Numbered from the stretch's first letter, positions 39,010-50,886 are shown. The stretch: 64,000 nt of DNA from an uncultured Spirochaetota bacterium (GCA_963745235.1 CAVUXE010000099.1:32001-96000), one strand, 5' to 3'. The notes: a model not told the origin generated them from the letters alone. A program made the numbers and translations.

Positions 39010-41617
39010 ATGGCCGAGCTCACTCCCATGATGGCGCAATATCGCAGCATCAAGGAGCGCTTCGCGGACGCCATCCTCTTCTTCCGCCTTGGCGACTTCT
39101 ACGAGATGTTCGACCGTGACGCGCGTGGAAGCATCCTCCCTGCTGGACCTTACTCTCACGCAGAGGGCGGGGGTTCCCATGTGCGGCGTCCCCTACCACG
39201 CCGCGGCAACCTACATCTCCCGCCTCCTGTCGGCGGGCAGGAAGGTTGCAATCTGCGAGCAGACTGCCGTCCCGGGCAAGGGCCTGATGAGCCGGGACGT
39301 CCAGGAAGTCATCACGCCTGGCACGGTCCTGGACGACGGACTTCTCCTGCGCGCATCGAACAACTATCTCATCGCAATAGCCCGGGCGGGGGACGCAATG
39401 TCCCTGGCGTACGCGGACATCTCCACGGGGGAGCTTGCGGCAACTTCTTTTCCCTTCGATGCGCGTGAGCAGATCCTGAAACGCGAGCTTCACCGGCTGG
39501 AGCCCCGCGAGGTGATTACCCAGGAATCCCTGCTCGTGGAGGACCCGATCCTGCGGGACCTGCTGGGGGAGAGGGAAGGTCTCCTGGTCAACCGGTTGCC
39601 GGACTGGAGCTTCGATGCCGAGGCCTGCAGGAAGAGACTGGAAAGGCAGCTTCGCGTTGCAAACCTGAAAGGATATGGGCTGGGGCAGGGCTCTCCGGAA
39701 ATCCTTTCCGCGGGAGTGCTCCTGGAATACCTCGGCGACACCGCGAAGAGGGGCCTGGACCACATGTGCTCCCTGCGGGTCTACGCGGACCGGACCTTCG
39801 TCGAGCTGGACGAGGCTTCCCAGCGCAACCTCGAGCTGGTCGCCAATCTGCAGGACGGGAGCAGAAAGTTCAGCCTCCTCTCGGTCCTGGACCAGACACG
39901 CACGGCCCCGGGGGCGCGCAGGCTCCGGCGATGGATCCTGACACCGCTCAAGGACCTTGCCGCCATCCAGGGGCGACTGGCGGCGGTTGAGTCGCTCTAT
40001 CACGACCAGGTGCTGCTCTCCCGGCTGCGGGGGACACTGGGTTCGGTGTTGGACCTGGAGCGTCTCACCGCGCGCGTCGCCATGGAGAAGGCTCACGCAA
40101 AGGACCTCCTTGCCATCTCCTCGAGCCTGGAAGCGGTGCTGGACATCGGCTCGCTCCTCCTCTCTGCCGGCCAGGACTCACTGGCGGGGCCGCTCCTCGA
40201 GCGGCAAACCGGGATGAGGGAGCTTGCCGGCCTCGTGACACGCGCAATCTGCGATGAGCCCGCAATCACTCTCAACGAGGGCGGTCTTATCAGGGCCGGC
40301 TTCGACCAGGAGCTCGACAGGTTGCATGCGCTGAAAGACAACGCCAGGGAGATCCTGGACAAGTACCTGCAGGAAGAGCGGGCGAAAACCGGCATCGGAT
40401 CGTTGAAGCTGCGCTTCAACAGGATCATCGGGTATTCCTTCGAGGTCACCAGGTCGAACCTTCCCCATGTCCCGTCCCACTTCATCCGTCGCCAGTCCCT
40501 GGTGGGCGGAGAGCGGTACACCACGGACAGGCTTGCTGACCTGGAGTCCGAGATCAACGATGCCTCGGAAAGAGCGGTGGAGATAGAAAGGACTCTCTTC
40601 CTTCGCGTGCGCGCGCAAGTCAAGGAAGCCGTCTCCTGGCTCCTGGAGCTGAGCGAATCAGTTTCGGATCTGGACGTCTTTCAGTCCCTGGCGTTTGCGG
40701 CCACCGTCCACGGCTATGTGAAGCCGGCGGTGAGCAGCGACGATGAGCTTGCCATCAAGGACGGCCGTCACCCCGTCGTGGAGGCCAACCTGCCGGGGGG
40801 CGGATTTGTTCCCAACAGCCTCCATCTCTCGTCGGACGGGAAGTCGTGCGTCATCCTGACGGGCCCCAACATGGCGGGCAAGTCGACATTCCTTCGCCAG
40901 GTGGCCCTGATAACTCTCATGGCGCAGATGGGGTCATTCGTGCCGGCCGCCGAGGCCCGCGTCGGGCTTGTGGACAGCATCTTCTGCCGGGTGGGGGCAT
41001 CGGACAACCTGGCCCGGGGAGAGTCGACTTTCCTGGTGGAGATGAACGAGACTGCTCACATCCTCAGGGCGGCCACCCGGAAGAGCCTCCTCATCATGGA
41101 CGAGATAGGGCGGGGAACGAGCACCAGTGACGGGCTCGCCATTGCCAGGGCTGTGTGCCTTTACATCCTGGAACGCATAGGCGCTCGCACACTTTTTGCC
41201 ACGCATTTCCACGAGCTGACCGACCTGGCCCACCCGGCGGTAGTCAACTTGTCAATGGATGTCCGAGACCAGGGCGGTGAGATCGTTTTCCTCAAGCGCG
41301 TCCGGGAAGGACCGTCGAGCAATTCATACGGGATTCATGTTGCAAGGCTTGCCGGACTTCCTGCCGAAGTACTGGAGCAGGCGGAGGCGCTGCTGGGTCA
41401 GCCGCCCAATGACGCCCCTCAACCACGGCCTGCGACGCGCACGGAGCCTCCAACCGCAGCGCCGGCCGGCCGCGCGTCGCAGGGCCAGCTTTTCAGCGCT
41501 GAGGAGATGGTGATCAGGGAGATACGCAGCCTGATCCTCGAGGCAACCACGCCGCTGTCGGCCCTGAACCGCATTTCAAAATGGAAAAAAGAGCTGGACG
41601 GAGAAGGCCGGAAATGA
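39010..41617 (+). CDS. mutS: DNA mismatch repair protein MutS, frameshift near 39125
   Basis: Has [44 protein letters not shown] and [11 protein letters not shown]. Confidence 0.97.
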
Positions 41618-42291
41618 CGTTGGGAGCAGGGCTCTTGGAGGTCCTGTTTCCCGGCAGATGCCTTCTGTGCGGCGGCTGGCTCCTCTCTGCCGGTTCCGCG
41701 GGGGCGCCGGTGTGCGCCGAATGTCTTTGTTCGCTGGAGCCCATTGGCGGGCAACGATGCGACACGTGCGGCACACCGCTGGTCTCGGAGCGTACAAGCT
41801 GCACTCGCTGCCGTGAGGCGGATTTCGCCTTTGCCGCGCATAGGTCGATCTTTGCGTATTCCGGCTCCGTGCGGGACCTGATTTCCTGCCTCAAGTTCGA
41901 GGGAAGAGCCCGGCTGTCCGGCTTTTTTGCCGACCTCCTGGCGCCGCGGATCCTGACGGAAAACCCCGGGGTCCCCGTGATTCCCGTTCCGGGCCGCAGG
42001 TCGAAGAATGCGGTCGAGCTTATTGCGCGGAAGCTGGAAGCCCGACATGGAATCCAGGTGCTTCGACTTCTGGCGAGACATGGGGGACGTCCGCAAAAGA
42101 CCCTTGATCTCCAGGAACGCAGGGAGAACCTTCGCGGAAGGATTCGTCTTGTGAGCGCCGCGGTTCCCGAGCAAGCGGTGCTCTTTGATGACGTTTTCAC
42201 GACGGGCGCGACGGCGGACACGTGCGCGCGGATCCTTCTGGACGGTGGCTGTCGGAAGGTATCAGTGGTCAGTATTGCGATGGAAGAATAG
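41614..42291 (+). CDS. comF: ComF family protein (double Zn ribbon plus PRTase)
   Basis: Has CxxC pairs and LFDDVFTTGAT. Confidence 0.85.
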   Translation: MTLGAGLLEVLFPGRCLLCGGWLLSAGSAGAPVCAECLCSLEPIGGQRCDTCGTPLVSERTSCTRCREADFAFAAHRSIFAYSGSVRDLISCLKFEGRARLSGFFADLLAPRILTENPGVPVIPVPGRRSKNAVELIARKLEARHGIQVLRLLARHGGRPQKTLDLQERRENLRGRIRLVSAAVPEQAVLFDDVFTTGATADTCARILLDGGCRKVSVVSIAMEE

Positions 42292-42321
42292 CCTGGCGAT
42301 GCCCCGGGCCCCTGGTCGGTC

Positions 42322-43539
42322 CTACCGGGGGCGCAGCAGGACCGCCCTGTGCCCAAGCCGCTTCACGCTTTCTGCCATCTTGAAGCTTCGACACTGGTCC
42401 AGGACGCGGAACACCTCGGTGCTCGCTCCGGCTGCCAGGAGCGCTCCTCCCTTTCTGAGAAGCGCCTGCGCTGAAAGCGCAAGGTCCATATGCCAGGGAG
42501 CTTTCGGGACCGGGCGAAGCATGGCGCAGAGAAGGTCCAGGCTGCCGTGGGAAAGCGTCTCCGCCAGACCTGCCTCAGTGGGCAGAAGAAGGGCGGATAC
42601 GCTTTCCCTTCCGGCGGAAGCCATGTTGCGCCCGGCTATTTCCAGCTCCAAAGCGTCGCGGCCCGCGATCTTCACGGAAGCGAACCGTCCGGGGCTTTCC
42701 CTTTCCGCGTACACGGGGAGATGCCCCTGCCCGGGATTCCAGAACAGCACGTCCCCTTTGATGACGGCGGCTGAAAGCATCTCCTGGGCCAGCTCCACGC
42801 CATAGCCAACGGTGTCGAAATCCGGCAGGTTGTACGCGGTTTCCAGCTCGTAGTCGATCCCTCCAGAGGAGAACGTCTGCCGGGCCCGAAGATAAGGCTC
42901 GAGGCCGGGAACCACAGCCGCCCGCGCGGGAACGTTCTCAGCCTTTCGAAAGAGGAACACGGAATGCTGGCTCGTGCTCTCGGCGTGAAAGAGCAGGCAG
43001 TCGGATTCCTGGATGGAGTCACGCGCCAGTTGCGAAAGCGGCGCGACAATGACAACCGCTCCGACCCCGGACCGGGAAAGCAGGTGCGGAACCGTCTGGA
43101 AGAAGCTTTCCAGTACGGGTCGGCCGGCTTTCGCGGGAAGGTTGGAGACAACCAGGTCAAACGTTCGCCCGTCGAGATTGCGGAAAGCCAGGCCGCAGTC
43201 GAAGTCAGCGTCCTGGACCTTGTTTGCCGTCGCGTTTTCCCTGGCAAAGGCGACGGCAAGCGCATCACGGTCCTGGAACGTGACGTGGGCTTTTGCCGCA
43301 GCACGGGCGATGGAGATGCCAATGACGCCCATTCCACACCCAACGTCCAGGACCGAGGTCAGTGTGGACAGATCAAGGCGAGCCGCCACGCTCTTCAGGA
43401 GCAGGCGTGTCCCGGCATCCACGTCGTTGCTGCTGAAAAGACCGTGGGAGAGGTGGAAGAAAGACTCCTGGCCGCAGTATTTCAGCGACACCGTCTTGTT
43501 GACGTAGTCGAGCGGGAACCTGGTCTGGGGCGCGGTCAC
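42322..43539 (-). CDS. Class I SAM-dependent methyltransferase (RsmC/RlmG-like)
   Basis: Has LFSSNDVDAGTRLLL, VLDVGCGMGVIG and FDLVVSNLP. Start codon is uncertain. Confidence 0.8.
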   Translation of the reverse strand: MTAPQTRFPLDYVNKTVSLKYCGQESFFHLSHGLFSSNDVDAGTRLLLKSVAARLDLSTLTSVLDVGCGMGVIGISIARAAAKAHVTFQDRDALAVAFARENATANKVQDADFDCGLAFRNLDGRTFDLVVSNLPAKAGRPVLESFFQTVPHLLSRSGVGAVVIVAPLSQLARDSIQESDCLLFHAESTSQHSVFLFRKAENVPARAAVVPGLEPYLRARQTFSSGGIDYELETAYNLPDFDTVGYGVELAQEMLSAAVIKGDVLFWNPGQGHLPVYAERESPGRFASVKIAGRDALELEIAGRNMASAGRESVSALLLPTEAGLAETLSHGSLDLLCAMLRPVPKAPWHMDLALSAQALLRKGGALLAAGASTEVFRVLDQCRSFKMAESVKRLGHRAVLLRPR

Positions 43540-43584
43540 AACGCAATTGTATAGCTCGACTGTGAGCTCAGCGTCCACAGGATG

Positions 43585-43613
43585 TTGACAGACAGCCGGG
43601 TTTGTTGTATTTT
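43585..43613 (+). promoter_or_regulatory. Sigma70 promoter of the rimP operon
   Basis: TTGACA-17 nt-TATTTT. Confidence 0.7.
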
Positions 43614-43622
43614 CACTGTAAG

Positions 43623-43649
43623 AAAGAGTCGGCCCAGACTCTTTTTTTT
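43623..43649 (+). terminator. Leader terminator/attenuator upstream of rimP
   Basis: AAAGAGTC-GGCCCA-GACTCTTT followed by a T tract, between the promoter and rimP. Confidence 0.7.
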
Positions 43650-43690
43650 GTGCTGTCAGGCGGTGACGGAACGGGGAAGAGGCGGATTCA

Positions 43691-44167
43691 TTGTACGCGG
43701 AGAGCCTTGAAAAATCGGTGCGAGAAGTCGTTGAGCCCCTGCTGACAGGGCTGGGGTTTTCGCTTGTGGACCTTTCAATCGCCAGGCTTTCCGGCTCCAC
43801 TCGCGTCAACGTCGTCATCTACCGAAAAGAAGGCGTCGGCGTTGATGAATGCGCCGACATCTCCGGCATGCTCTTCCCCCGGCTGGAAACCATCGACGTC
43901 CTGGCGAACCCGAGCCTGGAGGTGAGCTCACCCGGCATAGACCGCACCATCCGCAGACCGTCTGAATATGCCGTCTTTCGGGGGCGCGGAGTCCGAATCC
44001 TTGCGGGGGACGACACTGAGTGGACGGGTGGAATCATCGACCGGGTGGAGGAAGGGACGTTGTGGTTGCGGAAAGGAAGAGAGATCCGCGGGTTCGCGAT
44101 TTCCGGGATCCGGAAGGCGCGACTGGACTATTCTGTGGAGGTTGAGGAAACAAAAAATGCAGTCTGA
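43691..44167 (+). CDS. rimP: Ribosome maturation factor RimP
   Basis: Has GVGVDEC and LEVSSPGIDR. It precedes nusA. Confidence 0.93.
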   Translation: MYAESLEKSVREVVEPLLTGLGFSLVDLSIARLSGSTRVNVVIYRKEGVGVDECADISGMLFPRLETIDVLANPSLEVSSPGIDRTIRRPSEYAVFRGRGVRILAGDDTEWTGGIIDRVEEGTLWLRKGREIRGFAISGIRKARLDYSVEVEETKNAV

Positions 44168-45933
44168 TTTGGCGCAGGCAATCAAGCAGCTCGTGCAGGA
44201 ACGGGGGATCCCGGAAGATCTCGTCATGAGCACGATAGAGAACTTCCTGCTCGCTGCATACAAGAAGAAATACGGGGTCGTTGACAACGCGGTGGTCCGC
44301 TTCAGCGATGACGGCACCGAGGTCACCCTGTTCGCAAAGAAGAAGATCGTCCTGGATGACGACCTGGAGGATCCCGTCTACGAGATCCCTCTCGTCGAGG
44401 CCCTGGAGCTGAACGAAGATTGCGAAGTCGGTGACGAGCTGCTGATCGAGATCAATCCGAAGGAGTTCGACCGGGTCTCGGTGCAGAGCGCCAAGCAGAA
44501 GGCCCGCCAGAGCCTGCGGGAGATCCAGAAGGACACCCTGTACTCCGAGTTCAAGGACAAAGTCGGAGAAATGATCATCGGCTACTACCAGAGGGAGAGA
44601 AACGGAAACATCTACGTGGACCTCGGAAAGACCGAGGGCATCTTACCCAAGAAGTACCAGTCTCCCCGGGAGATCTATCATCCGAACGACCGCATCAAGG
44701 CCCTCATCTACGAGGTCGTGAAGACCCCGACGGGGCTCCAGATAGTGCTGTCCCGCAACCACGCGGAGTTCGTGAAGAAGATCTTCGAGCTGGAAGTGCC
44801 GGAGATCTACGACAAGACCATAGAGATCTCGAAGATCGTGCGTGAGCCGGGCTACCGGACCAAGATCGCGGTCCGCTCCACCCGTGAGGACGTTGATCCG
44901 GTTGGAGCGTGCGTCGGATTGAAAGGGGTGCGCATCCAGGCGGTCGTGCGTGAGCTGGAAGGGGAGAAGATCGACATCCTGCGATACTCCATTGACTCGC
45001 GCAGCTTCATCAAGAACGCCCTTTCCCCGGCGGAGGTGAACCAGGTGGTCATCCTGGACGAAGCCAAGAAGCTGGCCCTGGCCATCGTTCCGGACGCCGC
45101 AGTTCTCGCTTGCCATCGGAAAGCAGGGCTTGAACGTTCGTCTTGCCAACAGGCTGACGGACTGGAACATCGACGTGAAGACGGAGACCCAGTTCTCCGA
45201 GATGGACATCTCCGCGGAGGCCAAGCGCGCGGTCTCGGCGCTGTTCGGGGAAACGGAAGAGGAAATCCAGAAGATTTCCGAGCTTCCCGGCATCTCCCAG
45301 CGACTGGTGGAGATCCTGGAAAAAGACAACATTGCCGACATCGAGAGCCTTGTGGCCCTGAGCCCCGAGCAGCTTGCGGCGCTGGAAGGAATCACCGCGG
45401 AGGACATCCAGACCATCCACAAGATCATTGAAGAGAACGTGGAGATCGTGGAGGAGGAGCAGGCTCCGGCCGCGGAAGAGGAAAATCTCGAAGCGGAGGA
45501 AGCCGCCGCGGAAGAGACTGAAGGGCAGGAGCAGGGCGCGGCCGATGCGGAGGCTGGGGAAAGCGCTGAGGCGGCCGAGGCTTCTCAGGCAGCGGCGGGA
45601 AGCGCCGTCTCTGAGGCGCCGGCGGAGCCGGCCGCGGAGGACACGCCAGAGGAAGATACCTACGAATGTCCGGAATGCGGGACGCCAATCACGCCGGACA
45701 TGGCTACTTGTCCAAATTGCGGCGTCGGTTTAACCTTCGAGGACGACGCTGATGAAACGCCTTCGGCGCCCGAGGGGAAGGCCAGCAATGAGTCATCGGG
45801 CCCGGCCGCGCGGCCGGATCCGCCGAGGGGAAGCGCTAGGAGCGCACAGGGAAGCGCTAAGGCGCTTAAAAGAAGCGCCGGGGCGCCCAACAAGGCGCCC
45901 GAAAGCGCAGAGAGAAGCGCCAGAGGCGCCTAG
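44157..45933 (+). CDS. nusA: Transcription factor NusA with acidic and Zn-ribbon extension, frameshift near 45098
   Basis: Has FELEVPEI, REPGYRTKIAV, DPVGACVG, NALSPA, NVRLANRLTDWNIDVK and CPECG..CPNCG. Confidence 0.95.
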
Positions 45934-46263
45934 GGGAGAGTAAGAGAGCAGGTATGCCCGAGGAACTGGACAGCAGGAAGAAACTCAAGACCACCCTGAT
46001 CAAGCACAAAAAGATCGAGGAGGAGGCTCCGCTCGTCGTGGAAGAGCCCTCCGAAAAGAAGAAGGTCGTGGTGGTGAAGAAGAAGGTCGTAGTGGTTGCC
46101 AAGAAGTCTGTCCATAAGGCCGTCCAGGAGCCGCCCAGGGAAGCACCCTCCGCGGCCAGGGAAGCCCTCGGAGAGACCCGGGAAGCGCCACGTTCGCCCA
46201 AAGAAGCGCTGGGTGCGCCCCGGGAAGCATCTGGAGCGCCCAGGGAAGCGCCTGGGCCCGAGA
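45828..46263 (+). repeat. Two degenerate 21-nt tandem arrays (5 units at 45828-45932, 6 units at 46138-46263)
   Basis: Most units begin (G/A)(G/A)GAAGC, at an exact 21-nt period. Confidence 0.8.
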
Positions 46264-48630
46264 TCAAGCGCGAGCCCCAGAGCCAGACCCCACGGGTTAC
46301 GGTTCGAACCCCTCCATCACCGCGTGCAGAGGAGGCCCCAGCCGCTCCCCGCAGGGAGGAGCACTCTCCTCGCCCGGCGGCGCCGGTGCCCGCGCGCCCC
46401 GCTGCTGCCCGGCCCGGGATCACGCCTCCAGCGCCTGCAAGGCCCACTTCAGCTCCCGCCGCCTCGGCTCCGGAGGCTCACAGGCCTCGCTTCATGCCGG
46501 CTGACAAGGGCACTGAGCCCCGACCGTCAGTCAGGGAGAGCGTGCGGGAAAAGATGCGGCTTACCCCCCTCCCGCCGCGCACGGGTGGCGCTCCGTCGCG
46601 CCAGGGACCCGGCGGACCGCCCAGTCACGGCGGCCCAAGACCGGGCGGCAGGCCTCCCGCCCGGCCGCAGAGCGCGGGCGGACCAGGTGGCCCTCCGCGC
46701 ACGGATGACAAGAAGCCGCCGGCCAAGAAGTTCTTCTCCAAGGCAAAGAAGAAGATCGAATACCCGAAGAGGAAGCACGATCAGCCCGAAGAGAAGTACC
46801 TGCAAGTAAAGAAAAAGACCGTGGTCATGGCGAATCCCGTCCCCAAGGAGATCTCGATCACCGAGGGGATCACTGTCTCCGAGCTCGCCCGCAAGATGAA
46901 CCTCAAGGGCTCCGACCTCATCCAGAAGCTCATGGGGATGGGGATGATGGTGACCATCAACCAGCAGATCGACTCCGACACGGCGTCCCTGCTGGCCGCG
47001 GAGTACGACTGCAAGGTCAACGTGGTCTCCCTCTACGATGAGACCGTCATCGAGGAAGAGAAGGAAAAAGAGGAGGACCTCAAGCCCCGGCCTCCCATCG
47101 TCACGATCATGGGGCATGTCGACCACGGCAAGACGAAGCTCCTTGACGCCATCCGGAGCGCGAACGTGGCGGAAGGGGAATACGGCGGCATCACCCAGCA
47201 CATCGGGGCATACACCGTGGACCTCCCCCAGGGAAGAATCGTCTTCCTCGACACCCCGGGCCACGAAGCGTTCACCATGATGCGCGCGCGGGGCGCCCAG
47301 GTCACCGACATCGTCGTGCTGGTCGTGTCAGCCGTGGACGGCGTGATGCCCCAGACAATAGAGGCAATCAATCACGCCAAGCAGGCGAAAGTGCCCATCA
47401 TCGTTGCGGTGAACAAGGTGGACCTCCCGGAAGCCAACGTGGACCTCGTGAAGAAGCAGCTCACCGAGCAGGGCCTTGCCCCCGAGGACTGGGGCGGAAC
47501 CACCATCTACAACGAGGTCTCCGCTCTCAAGAAGACCGGCATAAAGGAGCTCCTGGAAAGCATCCTGCTGCAGAGCGAGATCCTGGAGCTTCGAGCCAGC
47601 TACGCGAGCAGGGCATCGGGGATAGTCCTGGAGTCGCGCGTGGACATGGGCCGTGGAATCGTGGCGACCGTTATCCTTCAGCGGGGAACGCTCAAAGCGG
47701 GGGATTCCTTCGTGGCAGGGATCTACTCAGGCAAGGTGCGGGCAATCTTCAACGACAAGGGAGAGAAGATCACGGAGGCCACGCCGTCGCTTCCCGTGGA
47801 GGTCATCGGGTTCACGAGCATCCCCAACGCGGGAGATCCGTTCCAGGTGACGGATTCCGAGCAGACCGCCAAGACCATCGGCAGCAAGCGCCAGGAGCTC
47901 CGGAAGCTCGAAGAGATGAAGAGCGTCAAGAAAGTGACGCTGGACAACCTCTACGAGCAGATCAAGGAAGGCCAGATCCAGGGGCTGAATGTCATCATCA
48001 AGGCGGACGTGGCCGGGTCAGTGGAAGCGTTGAAGTCCTCCCTGGAGAGGCTGTCCACCGCGGAAGTCAAGCTGGAGGTCATCCATGCGGCTGCCGGGGC
48101 AATCAACGAGGGTGACGTCCTCCTTGCCTCCACCTCCAACGCCCTGATCGTCGGGTTCCACGTGCGGCCCAGCGCGGCGGCCCAGAGCCTGGCTGACCGG
48201 GAGAAAGTGGAGATCCGCAAGTACAACATCATCTACGACGCCCTGGAAGACATTCGATCCGCCATGGAGGGCATGCTGAAGCCCGAGCTGCGGGAAGAGC
48301 AGATCGGGACCATCGAGGTTCGCAATACCTTCAAGATCCCGAAGGTGGGCACCATCGCCGGCTGCTTCGTGACATCCGGGCAAGGTACGGCGGGGCTCGG
48401 ACGTCCACCTGATCCGTGACGGCGTGGAGATCTGGAAGGGAAAGATCTCCTCCCTCAAGAGGTTCAAGGACGACGCACGCGAGGTGGAGACGGGATTCGA
48501 ATGCGGTATCGGTCTCGAAGGCTTCCACGAAATCAAGGAAGGCGACACACTCGAGGCGTACGAAACGCATGAGCTCGCCAGAAAGCTCGAGGGGAGCCGG
48601 GATGGCGGAAGTAAGGCTTCGGCGAATTGA
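45954..48630 (+). CDS. infB: Translation initiation factor IF-2, frameshift near 48380
   Basis: Has [27 protein letters not shown] and [12 protein letters not shown]...GFECGI is in the shifted frame. Confidence 0.97.
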
Positions 48631-48949
48631 GAGCCTCCTCCGTGAAGAGATCTGCTCCATGATCTTTCAGGGGGAAATCAAGGATCCGCGGGTAGAGCGG
48701 CTCACGACGGTCACAGAGGTGAACGTGTCTCGCGACCTCGGCCATGCCAAGGTCTGGGTTTCCCGCTTCGGGGACAGGGCGGCTGTGGCCCAGAGCGTGG
48801 AAGCGCTCAACCACGCGGCGGGTTTCATCCAGACCGTCCTTTCCAAGCGCATGTCGCTGCGCATCTTTCCCCGGCTCACCTTCCTCGTGGATGACTCCAT
48901 GGAAAACGGGTTCCGCATCGCAAAAAAGCTTCGGGACGTCATGAGTTGA
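48602..48949 (+). CDS. rbfA: Ribosome-binding factor A
   Basis: Has [16 protein letters not shown] and PRLTFLVD. Confidence 0.93.
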   Translation: MAEVRLRRIESLLREEICSMIFQGEIKDPRVERLTTVTEVNVSRDLGHAKVWVSRFGDRAAVAQSVEALNHAAGFIQTVLSKRMSLRIFPRLTFLVDDSMENGFRIAKKLRDVMS

Positions 48950-49821
48950 TCGAAGGTATCATCCTTCTCGACAAGCCGCGGGGACAGACTTCATTCCAGG
49001 CGCTCTCTGAAATCAAGCGGAAGCTCGGCACGCGAAGGGTAGGGCACGCCGGGACCCTCGACAGCTTCGCAGACGGCCTCCTGGTAGTCCTGGCGGGGAG
49101 GATGACCAGGCTCGCCGGCCTGGCGACCGCTATGGACAAGGAGTACCTGGCAACCGTCACTTTCGGACGGCAGACGGATACCCTTGACCCGGAAGGCGAA
49201 GTCGTTTGCGAAGGTCCGGTCCCGCTCCGGAATGCCGTGGAGGCCGCCCTGCCAGCTTTCACGGGACGCATGCTCCAGGTCCCGCCCGCCTATTCCGCGG
49301 TCCACGTGGGGGGAAGACGCGCGTACGAAGCCGCGCGAAGCGGGGAGACGGTCGTCATCGCTCCTCGAGAAGTCACCATCCACAGCTTGAGCCTCGTCTC
49401 ATTCACCCCGCCGCTTGCCACGCTTCATGTCGTTTGCTCAAAGGGGACTTACATCCGTTCCCTGGCCCGTGACCTGGCGTCGAGGCTCTCAACCTGCGCC
49501 TTCGTGTCGCAGCTTCGAAGGACACGAATCGGCGGATTCCGCGTGGAGGAGGCAAGAGCCCCGGTAGACTTCGACCCGACACGGGACCTCCTGTCTCCCG
49601 CCATGTTTTTCCCAGGGCTGCAACGGCTTTCCCTGCGGGAGGAGTGGCAGGAGAAAGCGAGCCGAGGTGTGCCCATCAGGGACTGCTTCTTCCTGGATCC
49701 CCCGGCGCAGGACGGCGTCTACGGGGCCTTTGGCAGGCGCGGAGAGCTGGTGGCGGTCCTCGAGAAGCGAGGGGTGAGCTATCGCTACGCCGCGACTTTC
49801 CCGGCGGGAGAGGCGGTGTGA
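48946..49821 (+). CDS. truB: tRNA pseudouridine(55) synthase
   Basis: Has VGHAGTLD, QVPPAYSA and CSKGTYIRSLARD. Confidence 0.95.
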   Translation: MIEGIILLDKPRGQTSFQALSEIKRKLGTRRVGHAGTLDSFADGLLVVLAGRMTRLAGLATAMDKEYLATVTFGRQTDTLDPEGEVVCEGPVPLRNAVEAALPAFTGRMLQVPPAYSAVHVGGRRAYEAARSGETVVIAPREVTIHSLSLVSFTPPLATLHVVCSKGTYIRSLARDLASRLSTCAFVSQLRRTRIGGFRVEEARAPVDFDPTRDLLSPAMFFPGLQRLSLREEWQEKASRGVPIRDCFFLDPPAQDGVYGAFGRRGELVAVLEKRGVSYRYAATFPAGEAV

Positions 49822-50600
49822 GAATCGTGCCGTGGACCGATCTCCTGGATGGCCGGCAGACGATACAGGAGCCGGTCCGTCTCACGATCGGGGTGTTTGA
49901 CGGCCTTCACCTCGGGCACCGGGAGCTCATGCGGGCCATCACCAGCGGCCCCCCTCCGGGCAGCGCGCTTGTCGTAACGTTTCCCAGGAACCCGGTTCAG
50001 ATCCTCGCGCCGTCGCGTTTTCCGGGGCTCATCCTCAGCTACCGCCAGAAGCTGTCCCGGCTGTCGGAGCTGGGCGTCGACGCGGTTGTGGCAATTGACT
50101 TTTCCGATGAAATGAGTAATCTTTCCGGAAGGGTTTTCATCGGCCTGCTGAGGGACAGCTTAAACATCGAGAAAATAGTCATCGGTGATAACTTTCGCTT
50201 CGGGAAGAGCAGAGAGGCCGGTTCCGGCGACCTGAAAGAGATGCTTTTCGATACCGGGATCGAAGTGCAGGTCAGTCCGCCTGTCCTCCGTGACAACGCC
50301 ATCGTATCCAGCTCCCGTATCAGGAAAACCATCCAGGAGGCGGATTTTGCGGAGGCGCGGGAAATGCTGCTGGCGGATTACAGCCTCGACCTCCGCGGTA
50401 TCACCGGCCGCCCGGAAGGCGCTGGCGCAGCGCGGTACAGCCGCTCAGATATCGAGCAGGTGCTGCCGCGGCCAGGCAGGTATGACGTGAGGCTCCGGTG
50501 CGGTGGAAGACAGCGTGACGGGGAGCTCCTGGTTTCTGATGATTCGATCCTGCTCGATCCCGGCGTCGGGAAGCAAATAGAGGCGGTCACATTCCACTGA
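49818..50600 (+). CDS. ribF: FAD synthetase (RibF adenylyltransferase domain, kinase domain degenerate)
   Basis: Has [19 protein letters not shown] and VSSSRIR. The GxPTAN kinase motif is absent. Confidence 0.8.
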   Translation: MRIVPWTDLLDGRQTIQEPVRLTIGVFDGLHLGHRELMRAITSGPPPGSALVVTFPRNPVQILAPSRFPGLILSYRQKLSRLSELGVDAVVAIDFSDEMSNLSGRVFIGLLRDSLNIEKIVIGDNFRFGKSREAGSGDLKEMLFDTGIEVQVSPPVLRDNAIVSSSRIRKTIQEADFAEAREMLLADYSLDLRGITGRPEGAGAARYSRSDIEQVLPRPGRYDVRLRCGGRQRDGELLVSDDSILLDPGVGKQIEAVTFH

Positions 50601-50616
50601 AAGGAGAATCGGATAC

Positions 50617-50886
50617 ATGCCACTGACAAAGGAAAAAAAGGAAGAAGTAATCAAGACTTTCGGAGCGAACGAAAAGGATACGGGGGCGACAGAGGTCCAG
50701 ATTGCTCTTCTCACCAAACGCATTGATGAGCTGACGGAGCATTTCAAGAGACACCCCAAGGACAACAATTCCCGGCGGGGCCTCCTGATGCTCGTCGGCC
50801 AGCGGCGCAGGTTGCTCGCGTATCTGAGGAAGAGAAACCTCACAAAATACCGCGAGATCATCGAGCGCCTCAACCTGCGCAAGTAA
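50617..50886 (+). CDS. rpsO: 30S ribosomal protein S15
   Basis: Has [13 protein letters not shown] and [16 protein letters not shown]. Confidence 0.98.
   Translation: MPLTKEKKEEVIKTFGANEKDTGATEVQIALLTKRIDELTEHFKRHPKDNNSRRGLLMLVGQRRRLLAYLRKRNLTKYREIIERLNLRK

Noticed and set aside
45828-46263. CRISPR array
   Set aside because: The units are degenerate, 21 nt, lack spacers and lie inside coding sequence. No cas genes are present.
25313-48630. Pseudogenisation or programmed frameshifting of ruvC, ruvB, queA, bamA, mutS, nusA and infB
   Set aside because: There are too many essential genes affected, no shared slippery motif, and the motifs are intact on both sides of each shift. Assembly error explains this best.
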